Source: the human T2T-CHM13v2.0 reference genome, Homo sapiens
Assembly: GCF_009914755.1 (NCBI RefSeq)
Contig: NC_060935.1
Strand: one strand, 5' to 3'
Length of the DNA: 64,000 bases
Shown here: positions 29,690-60,861 of the stretch, piece after piece
How the letters are laid out: the number at the start of each line of letters is the position of its first letter
Position numbering within the stretch: the stretch's first letter is position 1
Made by a program: the position numbers and the translations under genes
Notes under the pieces: model-generated
Database searches by the model: none
What the model saw: only the letters and a program-made list of their open reading frames with translations
Told to the model about the DNA's origin: nothing

Positions 29690-30260
29690 CTCAGGTATCC
29701 AGAGCTCTTCCGGCTGCCCTCACGCAGCCGAAATTAGTGGGGGCAGACCCGGGCTGTAAAGCATGGTTTGAGGACACGCCAGATTGAGGAGGAGAGCCAG
29801 GGGTCGGGGTCTCCAGAAGCGGGGAGGAGCCAGCGGAGGATCTGGGCGCAGTTTCCTCTCTAAGTTCCGCCCCGAGAGCGCCGGCCCCGCCCCCGCCGTT
29901 CGCGCTCTGACCAGCCCGCAGAGCCAGCCCCCGACCCCGGGCCACCTGGGCCCCCGGGTTCCGCCGGCACTCTCGCCACCACCGCGTGGGTGAGTATGGG
30001 CATGGATGTGCTGGGCTGCCGGGCAGCCCCACTCGGGAGCTTGGCCGCGCGGTCTGGCCTCTGCAGGGCCGGGCCCCACGCTGTGGGAGTCCTGGTACCT
30101 GCCGTCCTATCGCACACACTCTGTTTCCCAGGAACTGCTGCTCTCTGGACTTGCCGAGCTGGCCCCCTTCTTCTCCCTCCCCAGCGTGGGGCCGGGTGTG
30201 CAGGGGTTGAGCTCTCCCTTTATTCCGCGGGGCCTCCTGGTCAGGAGTCCTAGGTGGGGA
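29690..30260 (+). promoter_or_regulatory. PGAP2: Second CpG island: proximal PGAP2 promoter and non-coding first exon (about 29870-29989)
   Basis: GC boxes (ccccgcccccgcc), ETS-like cttccgg near 29707, donor GG|GTGAGT at 29990, no ATG in the exon. Confidence 0.8.
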
Positions 30261-32537
30261 GGATGGGGCCCCGGGGTTGGAACCCCATAGAGTAGTTTTG
30301 AATGGCAGCTGTGCCATTTATTAGCCTTGGCCTTGAGTAAGTGTTTTGAACCTCCCTGAGCCTCAGTTTCCTCATCTGTAAAATGGAAATATACAGGCTG
30401 TAGCACCTACCTCATAGAATTATGGTGAGATTAAAAGAGACAATGTATATCAAGTACAGAGCAGGGGGCCTAGTATTCCGTAGGCACTCAGTAAATGTGG
30501 GTTCAGACTCGAGGCTGAGGAGATCTCTAGGGACTTTGGAGCTGAGGTAGCTCCAAAGAAAGCAATTTTCAGCTAAGTAGTACCTGTGAGGAATGTAGAA
30601 CTATCTGCAGGCTGAACAATTGCCCTTCAGCTCCACCCTGAGGTGTGGAGTAGAATGACCAAGTTGGAAGGACCTTAGAGGTAATCTAAACCATGTGATT
30701 CCCATGTTGCAGAACTGTGGAAACAGATCTAGAGTGCTTAAGTGGCTTGCCAAAGGTCACACAGCTAAATGGGAGGCCAGGCATACCTCCAAGAATTGGA
30801 ATGGATTATCCCTTGAACCTCCTCATCAACTCCTGATTTGGGCAGTGCCTCTTCATTCCCTGAAGATCTAGTCTTCAATTTGGGAATCCTAGTGGTTCCT
30901 CAGGGATCTAGAGCTGCAGCCTTCAGGGAGGGATACTGGGAGGGAAGACTAGTGCTACTGCAACTGCAGAGTCTAGGTTTGGGCTGGGTGAGGAAAATGT
31001 TCCCCATCTAGGGCCCTAAGGGACTTAGAGTCCATTTAGGGATGATCCAGGGAATGTGTTTTTTTTCTGGGAGGGTCACCAGAGCCACTTCCAGCTCCCT
31101 GGGATCCCTGATGCTCCTAAAAGGGAGAGAGGAACTTGAGCAATTGGAGCAGGCTGCCTGATCAGGTCTGGCAGCTGGGGGAAAATGGGTGAGAATGTGG
31201 AGGCGTAGCCACCTGGCTTGTTCTGGAATGCCAGGATGGCAACCTAACTGAGATCAGGGTTCTTTTTGAGGGTGGGACTAAAGGGAGAGTCTTGTGGGTG
31301 GGGTCAGGAAGAGTTGGGACTTGATTTGACAAGGTCTTTGAGCCCAGAAGGGTATATTCTTTATGTGTCTGGAGCCAGCCCTAGCTTGGCAACAACAAGC
31401 CAACGTTCCAGAGATGGCTTTCCCTTCAGCTCAGCACAGGGCTTTGAGGAAGAGCCAGCCCTTCTCTCTCTCTGAGTGTCTTGGTTTCTCTATCTTTACA
31501 ATGGGAATAGGGCTAACTGCCTCATCTATGTAGATTTTGGTTTTTCCTTTTCTTCCTCCTGTGAACAGGTGCCTCTTCTGCCTCTCTCACTCCAGTCCTA
31601 ACCTGACCTTTCTCAAGTTCAGACACAGAGAGGAAGGGGTCAAGGAAGGCCAGAGTTGCAGTGTGTAACTCTTCGTGGGTCCCACATGTATCTCTTTGTT
31701 ATGTGATCCTGAGCAGATTCCTGCTCCAACTTTCCCTTCTGTATACTGTGCGGAGCTGGGCTAGGATTGTTGGTATACACTTATTTGTTATAGTTCCTGA
31801 CCTTAGCTACCCTTATCTAAGGGGGAAATCACAGCCCCCAGGAACCCTCATCTGTTCACAGGAGGGTGATGTGGACAGCCCCCTGGGCACTGGGAAGCCT
31901 CCAGAAGCTGACCAAGCAGCTCTCTCCAGCAAACAGCAATCCCAGGCTAGCACCAGGCCTGATTCTGCAAAGCCTTTCACCCTGGGGGCACGTGAGGGAG
32001 CAGGCTGGGACAAGCAGGGGGCTTGGGGTTCTGTCAGCTTCCATGGAATCCCTGCCACTGTGGACTGCGGTGCAGGCACACAGAGCCTGGGAAGGGACTG
32101 AAGGTGCAGGAGGGCCCTGGGCCAGTGGGGAAGCAAATGAGAGCTGATGAGAGGCCTTGAAGCCTGGAGGCTGGGCCGAGGCTCAAAGGCCTGGGGGAGG
32201 AGATGGGCCATGCCATCCACTGGTAGGTTTTAGGGTTGGTTCTTGAAATAAAGAGAGACACTTATTTAAAGCAGCTTCTCTAGTCCTAGGCCTGTCAAGC
32301 TAGGCAGAGAGGAGTGAGGAGAAGCTCTCCCAGTCCATTCAAGCTTTATCCTAGCACAGATTTGTTTCATTGTCTTCCCTCTGAAATTGAGGTGGAATGT
32401 TGTCTTGGGATTCTGAGTCAGTCTTCCTCATCCAGGGCAAGAGCTATCCAAGTTTAGGTGCCTTCCTCCTCAGACTCCCCACCCCACAGCACACAGCTAA
32501 TTTTAGGACTGAGCACAAGGGCTGACTTTATCACTGA

Positions 32538-33568
<1,031 letters not shown>

Positions 33569-35489
33569 CTGAGACAGAGACCCAGCCTCAGTTTCCTCAT
33601 GTCTGAAATAGAATTGATTAGCTGGGCATGGGGGTATGCACCTGTAGTCCTAGCTCCTCAGGAGCCTGAGGTGGGAGGATTGCTTGAGCCTAGAAGTCTG
33701 AGGCTGGAGTGAGCTATGGTTTTCTCACTGTACTTCAGCCTGATGACATAGTGAGACCCCCATTTCTAAAAAATAAAATAGGGTTGATAATTCCTGTCCT
33801 GCTCCTTCCCAGGGCTAGTGTAGAGCTCTAGGTAGAAGAAGGATAGGAAGGTAGTTTAGGGAGGATGATGAAATGTGAGGAGCAGAAGGAGGAGGAGGAA
33901 GAGACTGTCAGGTTGGAAGGCAGGGCAGGAAATGAACTTAACCTAGGGGCTTTAGGTGGAGAAGAGGCAGATTCTGCGCATGGACCATTGGGGTCCCTCA
34001 GAGTTCTGAAGGCCCCAGCCAGCTGGATCCCCACTTCATGTAAAGAGCATCTGCTTCAGAGAAATGGCTAGGATTAGCAGTGGGGTCTAGCTGTGAGTAT
34101 GGGGTGGAGCCCCACTTCTTTACTTCATGTGACTGGAGTTTCCTCTCCTCCTGATTTGTCAGTGGGTAGACATGGGTGTTGAGGTATGGACACCCAATCT
34201 GATGAGACCTGGGGCTGGGAGCTATTAGAAAGAACTGGACGAAAAGGGCGAACAGGCGATCTGAAGGGAAGGAGTACCCTTTTGTGACCTAGTACATGAC
34301 CTAGTACCTATTATCTCAGATAATGCATCAGATATTCCTGTTACGCTAGCCACTCCTGATCATCCCGCAAAACCCTGCCCCGCTAGCTCTAAAATGTCTT
34401 CCCTATCCTCCTTGGGGCTAATGTAATCACTCCCTCCTCTGGGTGCCCACAGTTCCCTGTGTTATCTATCACATCATATTTGTGTCTGTCTTCCCAACCA
34501 GATGGGGATCTCCTTGAAGGCAGGCACTGCATTTGAGTGAGAAAGTATTTGGGTTTTTTTATTTGTTTTAGAGGCAGGGTCTCATTTCCGTCACCCAGGC
34601 CAGAGTGTAGTGGCATGATCATAGCTCACTGCAGCCTCAAACTCCTGGGATCAAGCAGTCTTCCTAACCTCAGACTCCTGAGTAGTTAGGACTACAGATG
34701 TGAGCCACTACACCCAGCTTAATTAAAAAAAAAATTGTGGAGATGGGGTCTCGCCATGTTGCCTAGGCTGGAGTGCAGTGGCATGATCATAGCTCACTGC
34801 AGCCTCAACCACCAGGGCACAAGTAATCCTCCTGCCTCAGCCTCCTGAGTAGCTAGGACAATAGGTATGCACAACCATGCCCAGCTAATTTTTGTGTATG
34901 TGTGTGGAGACGGGGTCTCACACTGTTGCCCAGGCTGGTCTTGAACTCCTGACCTCAAGTGATCCTCCCACCTCGACTCCCAAAGCACTGGGATTATAGG
35001 CGTGAGCCACTGTGCCTGGCCAGAAAGTGTTGGTTGAATAAATGATTAAGACTCCCTAGCCCAGTGCCCTGGGGAAAGGAAGGCATGGTATAAGTCAATC
35101 ATAGTCCAAGCAAAATTATAATATTTGTATAGTATATGGAGTTAAACAGACTAGGCTGTTTGCTCTGCCCCTTATGGCTGACCCCAAGGGCTGATGGCAT
35201 CAATACCCTATTAGCTAGGTTATTGCATACCTTGCATACCTATTACCTGTTCTGGGCATACCAGTTAGGGAATTAAGATATAGATAGTTGCTGGAGTACT
35301 TGGTCCCTCTGGAGCAGTACTAGGTCTGTGACCCTGAGGGTATGTTGTCCCCACTGCCTGAGCCTACGGTGTTGGTTCCACCTTGGAATTTTTATATTTG
35401 CTCTGAATTTCCCACTCAGAGTATCCCAGAAATGGCCAGCCCTAGGAATAAAAGAAGCAAGCTAGTCCATCATATCTGTAATTGATTAC

Positions 35490-37105
<1,616 letters not shown>

Positions 37106-38678
37106 GGTACAGGCTGAACATCGATATCTCATATTCAGGCTTGTTGAGATCTCTTTTGTATCCTGCTTCTGTCATCATAGGATTTAGCCATTTCTCCAGT
37201 GAGGCCCAACAAGCCCTCTCAGTCCTGCTCTAACAAAAAACGGCCAGACCCCTTTTTGCTTTCTCTCTTTCCCTTATTGGAAACCTGCCTATGACCCTGG
37301 ATACAACTCTCAGGAAGGTCCCTGCCCCCATCACTGGCAAAGAAGCTACTGCCAGCTGACCTCAGCCACTATCACTTCTTCCCTTTGCAGAGTGTTCTAG
37401 GATTTATGACATATGCTTGTTGATCCTGGGAAGGATGTGTGCCTGGGCAGGCGTGGAGAATTGGGTACTGTGGGCGGGAGGGCAGGCCCTGAGGAGCAGG
37501 GGGTGGGATCCTCCAGTCTTAGAATAGTCCCAGTCTGGCTACAACCTTCAACCCAAGACCCGGATTCTTCAGCACCGAGTGTGAGTGTTCCTTCATGAGG
37601 CCCCCACCCCATTCCTGGGTCTCCTTAGTGGAGGGAAGTATGAGTGCCGAGGGGAGATTGGGTCCTAGGCCTTTTAATATCAAGCCATCTCTGTCTGCCT
37701 CAGCTTGATCCAGAGGGAAGCCCAGCTTGAGGGGTCAAGGTGTTTGGGCAGTGGGGTTGTGAGGGGGAGTTGTCGGCCAGGAGGGAGAAGAGATTGGAAG
37801 AAGCTCAGTTCCCTGGGTCTGGGTCTGACCTGGACAGAGATCTCCTGGGTCTGGCCCAGGACAGCAGGCTCAAGCTCAGTGGAGAAGGTTTCCATGACCC
37901 TCAGATTCCCCCAAACCTTGGATTGGGTGACATTGCATCTCCTCAGAGAGGGAGGAGATGTAGGTCTGGGCTTCCACAGGGACCTGGTATTTTAGGATCA
38001 GGGTACCGCTGGCCTGAGGCTTGGATCATTCAGAGCCTGGGGGTGGAATGGCTGGCAGCCTGTGGCCCCATTGAAATAGGCTCTGGGGCACTCCCTCTGT
38101 TCCTAGTTGAACTTGGGTAAGGAACAGGAATGTGGTCAGACAGGGTCAGTGGGAGGGCTTTGGCCATTCTGAGCCAACGGTCCTTTGTTAGTTGGCCTGA
38201 AAGAAGCCATGACTTAGAACCTGAAGCTGTCAGGTGGCAAGAGGCCTTAGTCCTGGTGTTTGATCCTGGCATAGTTCTGGGCCTCAGTCTCCCCTTCTGT
38301 GAAATGGGAATAATAACCTTTCTACCTCTGACCCTTCTCCTGAGTGGCTATGAGGGTTGTGAGAGTGAGGTGGGCCACCAGAGCTCCCTGTCCAAGCCAC
38401 CGGGAGCCTCTCTTCTGTAGGCTCTTCAAGAGGTGGACCTAGAGTATCACTGTGCCAGGGGGATTCCTAAGCTCTGACCCTGCCTGTCTCTGCTGCTCCT
38501 GCCCCATCTCCCTCTGATCCTTCTCCTCTGCACTGTCTTCCTTTTCCCCTTATGCCTTTTCTACCCTTTCTGCTCTGGCTTTTCCTTATACTCTGAGGAG
38601 CCATCTCTGGAAAAGGCCCCACTTTCCCAGACCCAGGTGTCCTACCAGGCCCCAAGTTGTATCCCTCGTGCTGCTTAG

Positions 38679-38861
38679 GCCACGCCCTGCAGGATGTTCT
38701 CTGCGGCCTCCCAGCCTTTGGACCCCGATGGGACCTTGTTCCGGCTTCGCTTCACAGCCATGGTCTGGTGGGCCATCACTTTTCCTGTGTTCGGCTTCTT
38801 CTTCTGCATCATCTGGTCCCTGGTGTTCCACTTTGAGTACACGGTGGCCACTGACTGTGGG
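38679..38861 (+). CDS. PGAP2: PGAP2 alternative exon B (ATPCRMFSAASQPLDPDGTL...VATDCG), paralogue of exon A; inclusion gives 315 aa
   Basis: TAG acceptor 38676-38678, phase-0 donor GGG|GTGAGT at 38862; 183 nt, no stop; internal ATG 38694. Confidence 0.9.
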
Positions 38862-39092
38862 GTGAGTGCCAGCTCCCCAGCCCCTGGGTCAGGGCCAGGT
38901 CAGGAGGTGGCAGTTAGGGTAGAATTAGATAGTGGAGAGGAAGTGGAGGATCAGAGAGAGGGAAAGGGACAAGGGGATGGGGGAAGGGTAGGTAAGTCAG
39001 AGTCACAGATAATTCATGGGGGGAGACTCAGAGAGAATAGAATCACAGCCCTCCCTGAGTTGGAAGATGATGATAGAAATGCAAGGGAGATG

Positions 39093-44660
<5,568 letters not shown>

Positions 44661-45209
44661 CCCACCCACTTTGTTAATCATGATCAGAGCAGGGGTGCCA
44701 TTCTACCACCTTGGCACACCTGCCTAGAGGAGTGAGTGGCGCTGGGAGCAGACTGAGGAACATCTTAGCTGAGCAGTGAATCCAGCACTGTTCTAAGGAA
44801 GCTCAGATGGTCTGTGACTCATCCCTGTCCTCTGGACTGAATCTGAGGCCTTGGAACTCACCCAGGGTCTTAGTGGAGGCACAGCTCTGAGCTATGGGTG
44901 TAGAGCATCTGAACCCATCTACACATTGACCAAACACAGGCAGGTTCCAGTCTGCGGGGGAGATGGAGAAGGTGCCACCATGCTGCTGCACAAATCCCAG
45001 GATAGCTGGGGAATGAGAATCCAGCACTTTGGGCCTAGGACCTGGAAGGAGAGGTCTTTTGGGAGAGGTATGGGGACATCTGAAGGAGGACTTCTTGGAA
45101 GGGGAGGGGCTGGAGCAGAGGCAAGAGTGATTTTGTCAGATGGAGAGAAGGTTCTCCACATGGGCGGGGCTGGCAGAGGCAGATGCCCAGACAGGTCACA
45201 ACTCTCTAG

Positions 45210-45802
<593 letters not shown>

Positions 45803-46346
45803 TAATGGGAACCCTGGCAGAGGGGTGCTGGGGTTGGGGCTGGGGCTTGGGAACAAACTGAGGGTGGTTGGTCAGAATCTAGGACTATAGCACTGTGTTT
45901 GGGTAGTGTGGGAGACTGGAGAATAGAAGAGATGGAGGCTGCAAATGGGGATAGAATGAGGAGTCGCATCTAGGCGGCAGTGAGTTAGGAACAGTGTCAG
46001 AGGACTGGTCTGTCATAATTCCAGCGCCCCACCCATGTACATGGGTTTCTTTTCCCCCACAGTATTTGGAGGTGGGGTTGGTGGGTGACTCCATGTAACT
46101 TTCATACTCCATCCCCCTGAAGTGGAAGCGGCAGGAATACCACTGCTCCTCGGCCCATCACTCCCCCAGAGGCAGGGACGTGAACACATAGTCGTCATTC
46201 TTGCTGCCCCTGCCTGTGCTCCCTTCCATGACCGCTAGTGGGAGCCAAGGGAGATAAGGCCCAGCCCTTAGGAGTTAGGGCTGAGAGGGGAGCCCACGCT
46301 CTCATACCCAGCAAGCTGCAGAGTGATCAGACAGCCCATTCCCTAG

Positions 46347-46785
<439 letters not shown>

Positions 46786-47656
46786 ACCCTTCAGTCCTGC
46801 TTGGGAGGACGCAGCCCACTGCCCAGAAACAAGAAACACGATACCATTCTGGCCTTCCCCACCCCACATCCTCTCTTGGCCTTACTGAAGATGGGGGAAG
46901 GGTAAGAAGGAAGGGTGTAGGCCAAGGCTCACCCCAGTGCTGCTGGCTTCTCCTCTCCACCCCTCATATGGGCGTGGGGTCCTCAAACATCACCTTTACC
47001 TGAGAGGCCCCAAGAAGCTGAGCTGGCAGAGAGCTCCACCATTTGGTGCTAAAAAAAAAAACGTCCTGAGGTTCATGACCACCATCCAGTTTCTGGCCTT
47101 TACACAGTCACCTTTCACTGAGGTCAGGAGCCCCTGAGCAGTGGCTGCTCCCTGACAACCACAGCCATTTCTCTGCACGGGGGTCATTCATAGGACTAAT
47201 GTATTTCATGATCTACTGTGCACATCCAGGCCTGTGGCCACAGTCCCCTGCTAAAGTTGCTCAGGTGTTCTAGTCCTGACTTCACCTTTTTGATTTGGTG
47301 TGTGCCCTAGGGTATGTACCCTTCCCCATCTGAGCCTCGGTGTGTCCATGTGTCTGGCGGGGGATGGGTGGACTGTATGATTTCCAAGGGCTCTACCAGT
47401 CAGTGGTTCTGATGTCATCGGGTGGAGGTGGTGTTCTATACCTAAAGGATGACCTGCTCCAGAAACAGCACCAGCACAGCATGTATTTTCTTCTCTTCTG
47501 AAAGTTCTGGCTTGTAGACCCCTCCCTTCCTTTGCAAAGGTATGGGATAGAGGGGTCAGATGCAGATCTCTACTGTAAAATGGGCTCCCTGGTATCTCCT
47601 GTCTTCCCTACTGCTCCAAACCCTAAATTTTGGTTGTACATTTTATTTGAAAGGAA

Positions 47657-47662
47657 AATAAA
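47657..47662 (+). terminator. PGAP2: PGAP2 polyadenylation signal
   Basis: AATAAA with upstream TGTA and U-rich elements, about 870 nt after the stop. Confidence 0.8.
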
Positions 47663-48321
47663 TTTTTTTTTTGGGCCAACAGTTGCCTAGGCTTGCTAGT
47701 CTTGGGGCTCATCTTGTTTGATAGGAACTGGGAGAGAAACAGGCTCAAGAATGGGGAGGGAGTAAGTCCACGGCAGGGTATGATTCCTAGCAGAACCCCC
47801 CAGTCCCCCTTAGGTCTGGAGTCTCCTAAAGCTGGTCTAAGCCTTTATTTTGGTGAGCAGGAGTGAGTGAGCTATCTGTAATGATTCTAGGACTGCAAGC
47901 TAGGGTACCTGGAAGTCTTCAGTTGAGACAGAGACCTGGGTTCAAATTCCAACTCTTGTTGTTAAAGCTGTCCTCTTGGGGATGTGAGGTACAGCTGTCA
48001 CATGCATGACTGTGGGAGCATCTGCCTTTAGACTAATGGCTCTGAACCTCTCCCTTTCTGAGCCCTAAGATCAAGAAGTCTTTCCTCAGGTTTTGTGTCT
48101 GAGTCCACTACAGCATCTGTGACTGGGCCCCAGAGCAAGACTGCCCCCTCCAAGGGAGCCTAGAGCTTTGTTAGGGAAATTGAGGGGTGAGGGGACCACA
48201 ATGAAGCCTATTGTCTACTAGAAGAAACAAAAGGCTCCCAGTCTCTGGGGAGCCCTAGCCCATGCCCACCCGCTAATGCCCAGCACACAGGGAGGAGCCG
48301 GGGCCACTGGAGACAGGAGGT

Positions 48322-48327
48322 TTTATT
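48322..48327 (-). terminator. RHOG: RHOG polyadenylation signal
   Basis: Plus-strand TTTATT (AATAAA on minus), about 560 nt past the RHOG stop. Confidence 0.8.
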
Positions 48328-48889
48328 GATGCTGATGGGGGTAGGAAAGGTCCCCAGAAGCATGGGGGCTGAGTCAGTCAGCAAATGCGTAAGGCCTAGG
48401 CACAGAGGAGCAGGTTAGGGCACATTCACCTTCTCAGGATTCTGTGGCTCCCTCATTGGAGAAGGGAGAGAGCATCTTGGGGGCGCAATTCCAAGAGCAG
48501 CGAGGGCAGAGGTTAGAGATGGCTGAGAGCCCCTAACCTGAGGCGGCACCACAATAGGCAGCAACAACTGTGTGGAAAGCTGGATGAACTGGTCAGTAGC
48601 GGAAAATGGGAGGGGGCACTGGGTTGGCCTCTTGGGGAGGGGTCCAACCTTGGCTTGGATGAGCTCATGAGAATACCCAGTGTTCCCAAGCAGAGGGGGG
48701 CAGAGCCCAAAGCCCCTTTCTCTGCAGGCCTCCTTAAGGAGAAAAAGGCACTCAGAGAAAAAGGCATTCAGGGAACCCCCTGGAAAGGGGTGCCAGAATT
48801 AGTCCTTAAGGCACAGCTGAGGCGGACAAGGCACCAAGGCACAACTGGTGGGGGGAGGGCAGGGGCAGCCTCCAAGCCAAGTGCCAGGG

Positions 48890-49465
48890 TCACAAGAGGA
48901 TGCAGGACCGCCCACGCTTGATCGGCGTGGGGTTGAGCACAGCCCGGACAGCCTCGGCGAACACTTCCTTGACACCATCCTGTTGCAGGGCTGAGCATTC
49001 GAGGTAGCGCACAGCGTGGATCTGCTTGGCCAGTGCCTGGCCCTGCTGCGGTGTGATGGGCGCCTGGCCCTGCTCCTTGAGGCGCCGTAGGGTGTCAGGC
49101 TGGGCTCTCAGGTCCTTCTTGGTGCCCACCAGCAGGATGGGCACATCAGGGCAGTGGTGGCACACCTCTGGATGCCACTTGTGCCGCACGTTCTCATAGG
49201 ACGGCGGACTGGCAATGGAGAAACAGATGACGAAAACGTTGGTCTGAGGGTAGGAGAGTGTACGGAGGCGGTCATACTCCTCCTGGCCCGCAGTGTCCCA
49301 CAGGTTCAGGTTCACTGTGCGCCCGTCAACTGCGCTCTGCGCGCTGTAATTGTCGAACACGGTGGGGATGTACTCTTTGGGGAAAGCGTTAGTTGTGTAG
49401 CAGATGAGCAGGCACGTCTTGCCCACAGCCCCATCACCCACCACCACGCACTTGATGCTCTGCAT
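48890..49465 (-). CDS. RHOG: Rho-family small GTPase RhoG, 191 aa, all in one exon (exon starts at 49533)
   Basis: P-loop GDGAVGKT, effector [23 protein letters not shown] and CaaX CILL; acceptor TCCACAG with AG at 49535-49534. Confidence 0.99.
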
Positions 49466-49699
49466 CGTGGGTGCAGTTGCTGTAGTGGAGGCAGTGCCTC
49501 CTCTCTCTTCTGGACCCCTCTGGCTGCAGTGACCTGTGGACAGATGAAAGGGGACATTCTTGGTTAGGGAGGCCTCTGCCTATTGGGAAGAAAAGATGGG
49601 GGCACACAAAGGGAAACCGGCTCCTGTTCCCTTAACCTGACACTATCCCAAAGTCCCATCAAGACGGTCATCAGAAAGACACACAATGAAAGGCCCTGA

Positions 49700-58377
<8,678 letters not shown>

Positions 58378-60784
58378 CTAGCAGCAGCTCAGCAGTCCCT
58401 GGGCCCCACCAAAGGCCTGTGAAGTGGCACTTCCTTTGCCTTTGCTAATTTCACATGAGGCTGTACAGAAGTGCCATCCTGCAAATCCTGGCACCCCCAC
58501 CTGAAAATACCCACAGAGAGACCCAGGGCTGCCCAGTCCCTTTAGCCCCGCCCGAGGCCTGAGGGGGTTTCCACAAGGGAAAATAACACCAGGGAGGAAA
58601 CTCCGGCATCTATTTTCCACTGTCAGTGAGGCAGAGCTGGAGTAGGAGACAGGGTACTCCCCCATCTTACTACCCCCTGGCAAAATCCCCAACATTCTCT
58701 GCCTTCTTATCTCTCAAGCTCTAACAATCCTTGTGCTTGGGGAAAGGGCAGTACTATCCCTGGACAGATATGTATGTAGACTACTCGGACCTGTCAAATT
58801 GAGGCTGGTAAGACACAAGGGCCCAGAGTGAGGGGCACTGCTATGAGCAGTCTCTTGCGGGAGGAAGAGTCAGAGCCATGATGTTCACTGTTGCCTTTGG
58901 AGGTACTGATATGCAACTCCTTAATGCTAAAATAGAGCCAAGAGAAACCAAGTTGACCAGGTAGCAAATCTACGACAAGGATCCGGATCTTCTAGCCTCC
59001 ACCCTTATGCTACTTCTACAAAGGAGAGAAGGTGAGGATTCTAACTCTGGCCTGAGAATGGGCCATCTCTTTAACCTCATTCAGGAGAACGCTACCATGG
59101 TTTATTCCTTCAGAAAATGGGCCAAAGGGTGGGTTGACTTACATCTGAGCCTTTTTGCTTCCAAGTTCCCAGGCTCTCATGCCTAGCCCATCCTGGTGCA
59201 TTCATGATTTAGCACTGACATTACTCAATAGCCAGCCACTCTGGCCCTGCCCTAGCTGAGAAGCTCCTCCTCTGGCCTCTAGCTCCTGGAGAGATGCCCT
59301 CCCCCCATATGAGATGAGGACAAAAGAGGAAGCTGGACCCTGGACAGGAAAACCAGTCTGATCTGGGGAGGTGGCCCAGGCTTTGTCTTTGGTTTCCCTC
59401 CTCAGCTCTTGTCACGGACCCCTACTGACCTCACCACTAATGGGTCTACAGTATATAGAAGGAGTCTTCAGTGTGGGCCTGAGCCCCCTTCTTCGTGTCA
59501 CAACCTTGACCATACCTGTTTAGCCAAGACTTCAGCGGCAGCCTCCTAGGTTGTAGCCACCACCTCCCTTTACCCCCCAATATTTTCCCATTAAAATCTC
59601 TCCCGCCCTGGTCACATTTTTTCCAATGATGCCTTTTTTGCAATTAGCTCAAACTTCCAATGGGGCCAGATCTCACCTGGGAGAATCCCTGTCTCACCCA
59701 TCTTGTCTTTACCATCAGAGCCCTGTGGGTTTGCTCAGTTACGCAGAATACTAAAGTAACTACTGGTTTGCCAGCCTAGGAACTGGGACTCCTGGGGTTT
59801 TTATTAAGCTGTGATGCTGGGAAAGTGCCTTGTATGCACATCCTTCTCTAACCTGGGCTCTTATGTAGGTCCCTGGGATTTCTTCCCGGACCCAAACTTC
59901 TGTACCTCCAAGAAATGGGAAGAGAGACAAGTGGTTGGAAGGGCAGGACTGGAAGAAGAACAATTCATGGGAGAGGGACGACTGTGACATGGGAAGATGA
60001 CAGAATGGGGAACAGGGAGAGCCCTTAAATTTAGCTGTAGCACTTACTCCCCTCTACTTCTCTTTTTTTCTAGTGGAGAGAAATGAATACAGATGACTAG
60101 AGGAGGTAGACAGGAGCAAGATCCTCAGATGCACCCCAAAAGCTTGAGGATGGAGCTCTAGAGTGGAAACAAGAGCCTCCATAGCCAGGATGGACTGAAG
60201 TTAAATTTGGGAGGAATTCCTGAGAAGGAATAGGGTCCTAGGTGAGATGGGGAGTATTAAGGATGCCTGAAGGCAGAGGGGTCAGTAGAACTCCAGAGGG
60301 CTTCCTGGTCACTAAGGCCCTGATGCAGATCAGGGCATGCGGGTACCCAGCCTAGGCAGGCCCCAGAAGGTAGCAGGAAAGGAGCAGACACTTTTGCCTC
60401 CGCCGCTTCTTAAGTCCGAAGTTAGACCAGCTGCAGTCTTTCCTCCAGAATCCTGCATTTGCCTCCTCCCTTTATTTCCATCACACCCAAGCTGGTCCCA
60501 TTCTTTCCACCAGGTGATGCTGGAACTAGTAGGTAATGGAGTCAGGGACCTTCAGGCTGTCTTCCGGCTTCTAGGCCTGGCCTCTTGGTCAAGCACCACG
60601 GGTTGGGGTGATTTTGATTTCCCACGGCCTCTCTTACAAGTCTTATTCCTGTGTCACCCTACCCTGACTGCTACAAACGGCTTCCTCCTGCCTAACCACA
60701 ACCTCACTCACTGCAGGTTCCCTTCATTCTGCTGGCTTCCCTTGCTCTGGGCCCTCTCAAGGCTGAGGGCAGTTATTTTGTCTG

Positions 60785-60823
60785 TAAGAGATAAAGATGT
60801 AGTCACACAGACACGCGCGCGCG

Positions 60824-60861
<38 letters not shown>

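Noticed and set aside
31512-31570. Strong-looking acceptor (gctaac, pyrimidine tract, aacag) in a PGAP2 intron
   Set aside because: No convincing paired donor identified, so no exon can be defined from sequence.
49154-49567. 137-aa ORF antisense to RHOG
   Set aside because: Shadow frame of a GC-rich CDS; no ATG start or promoter evidence.
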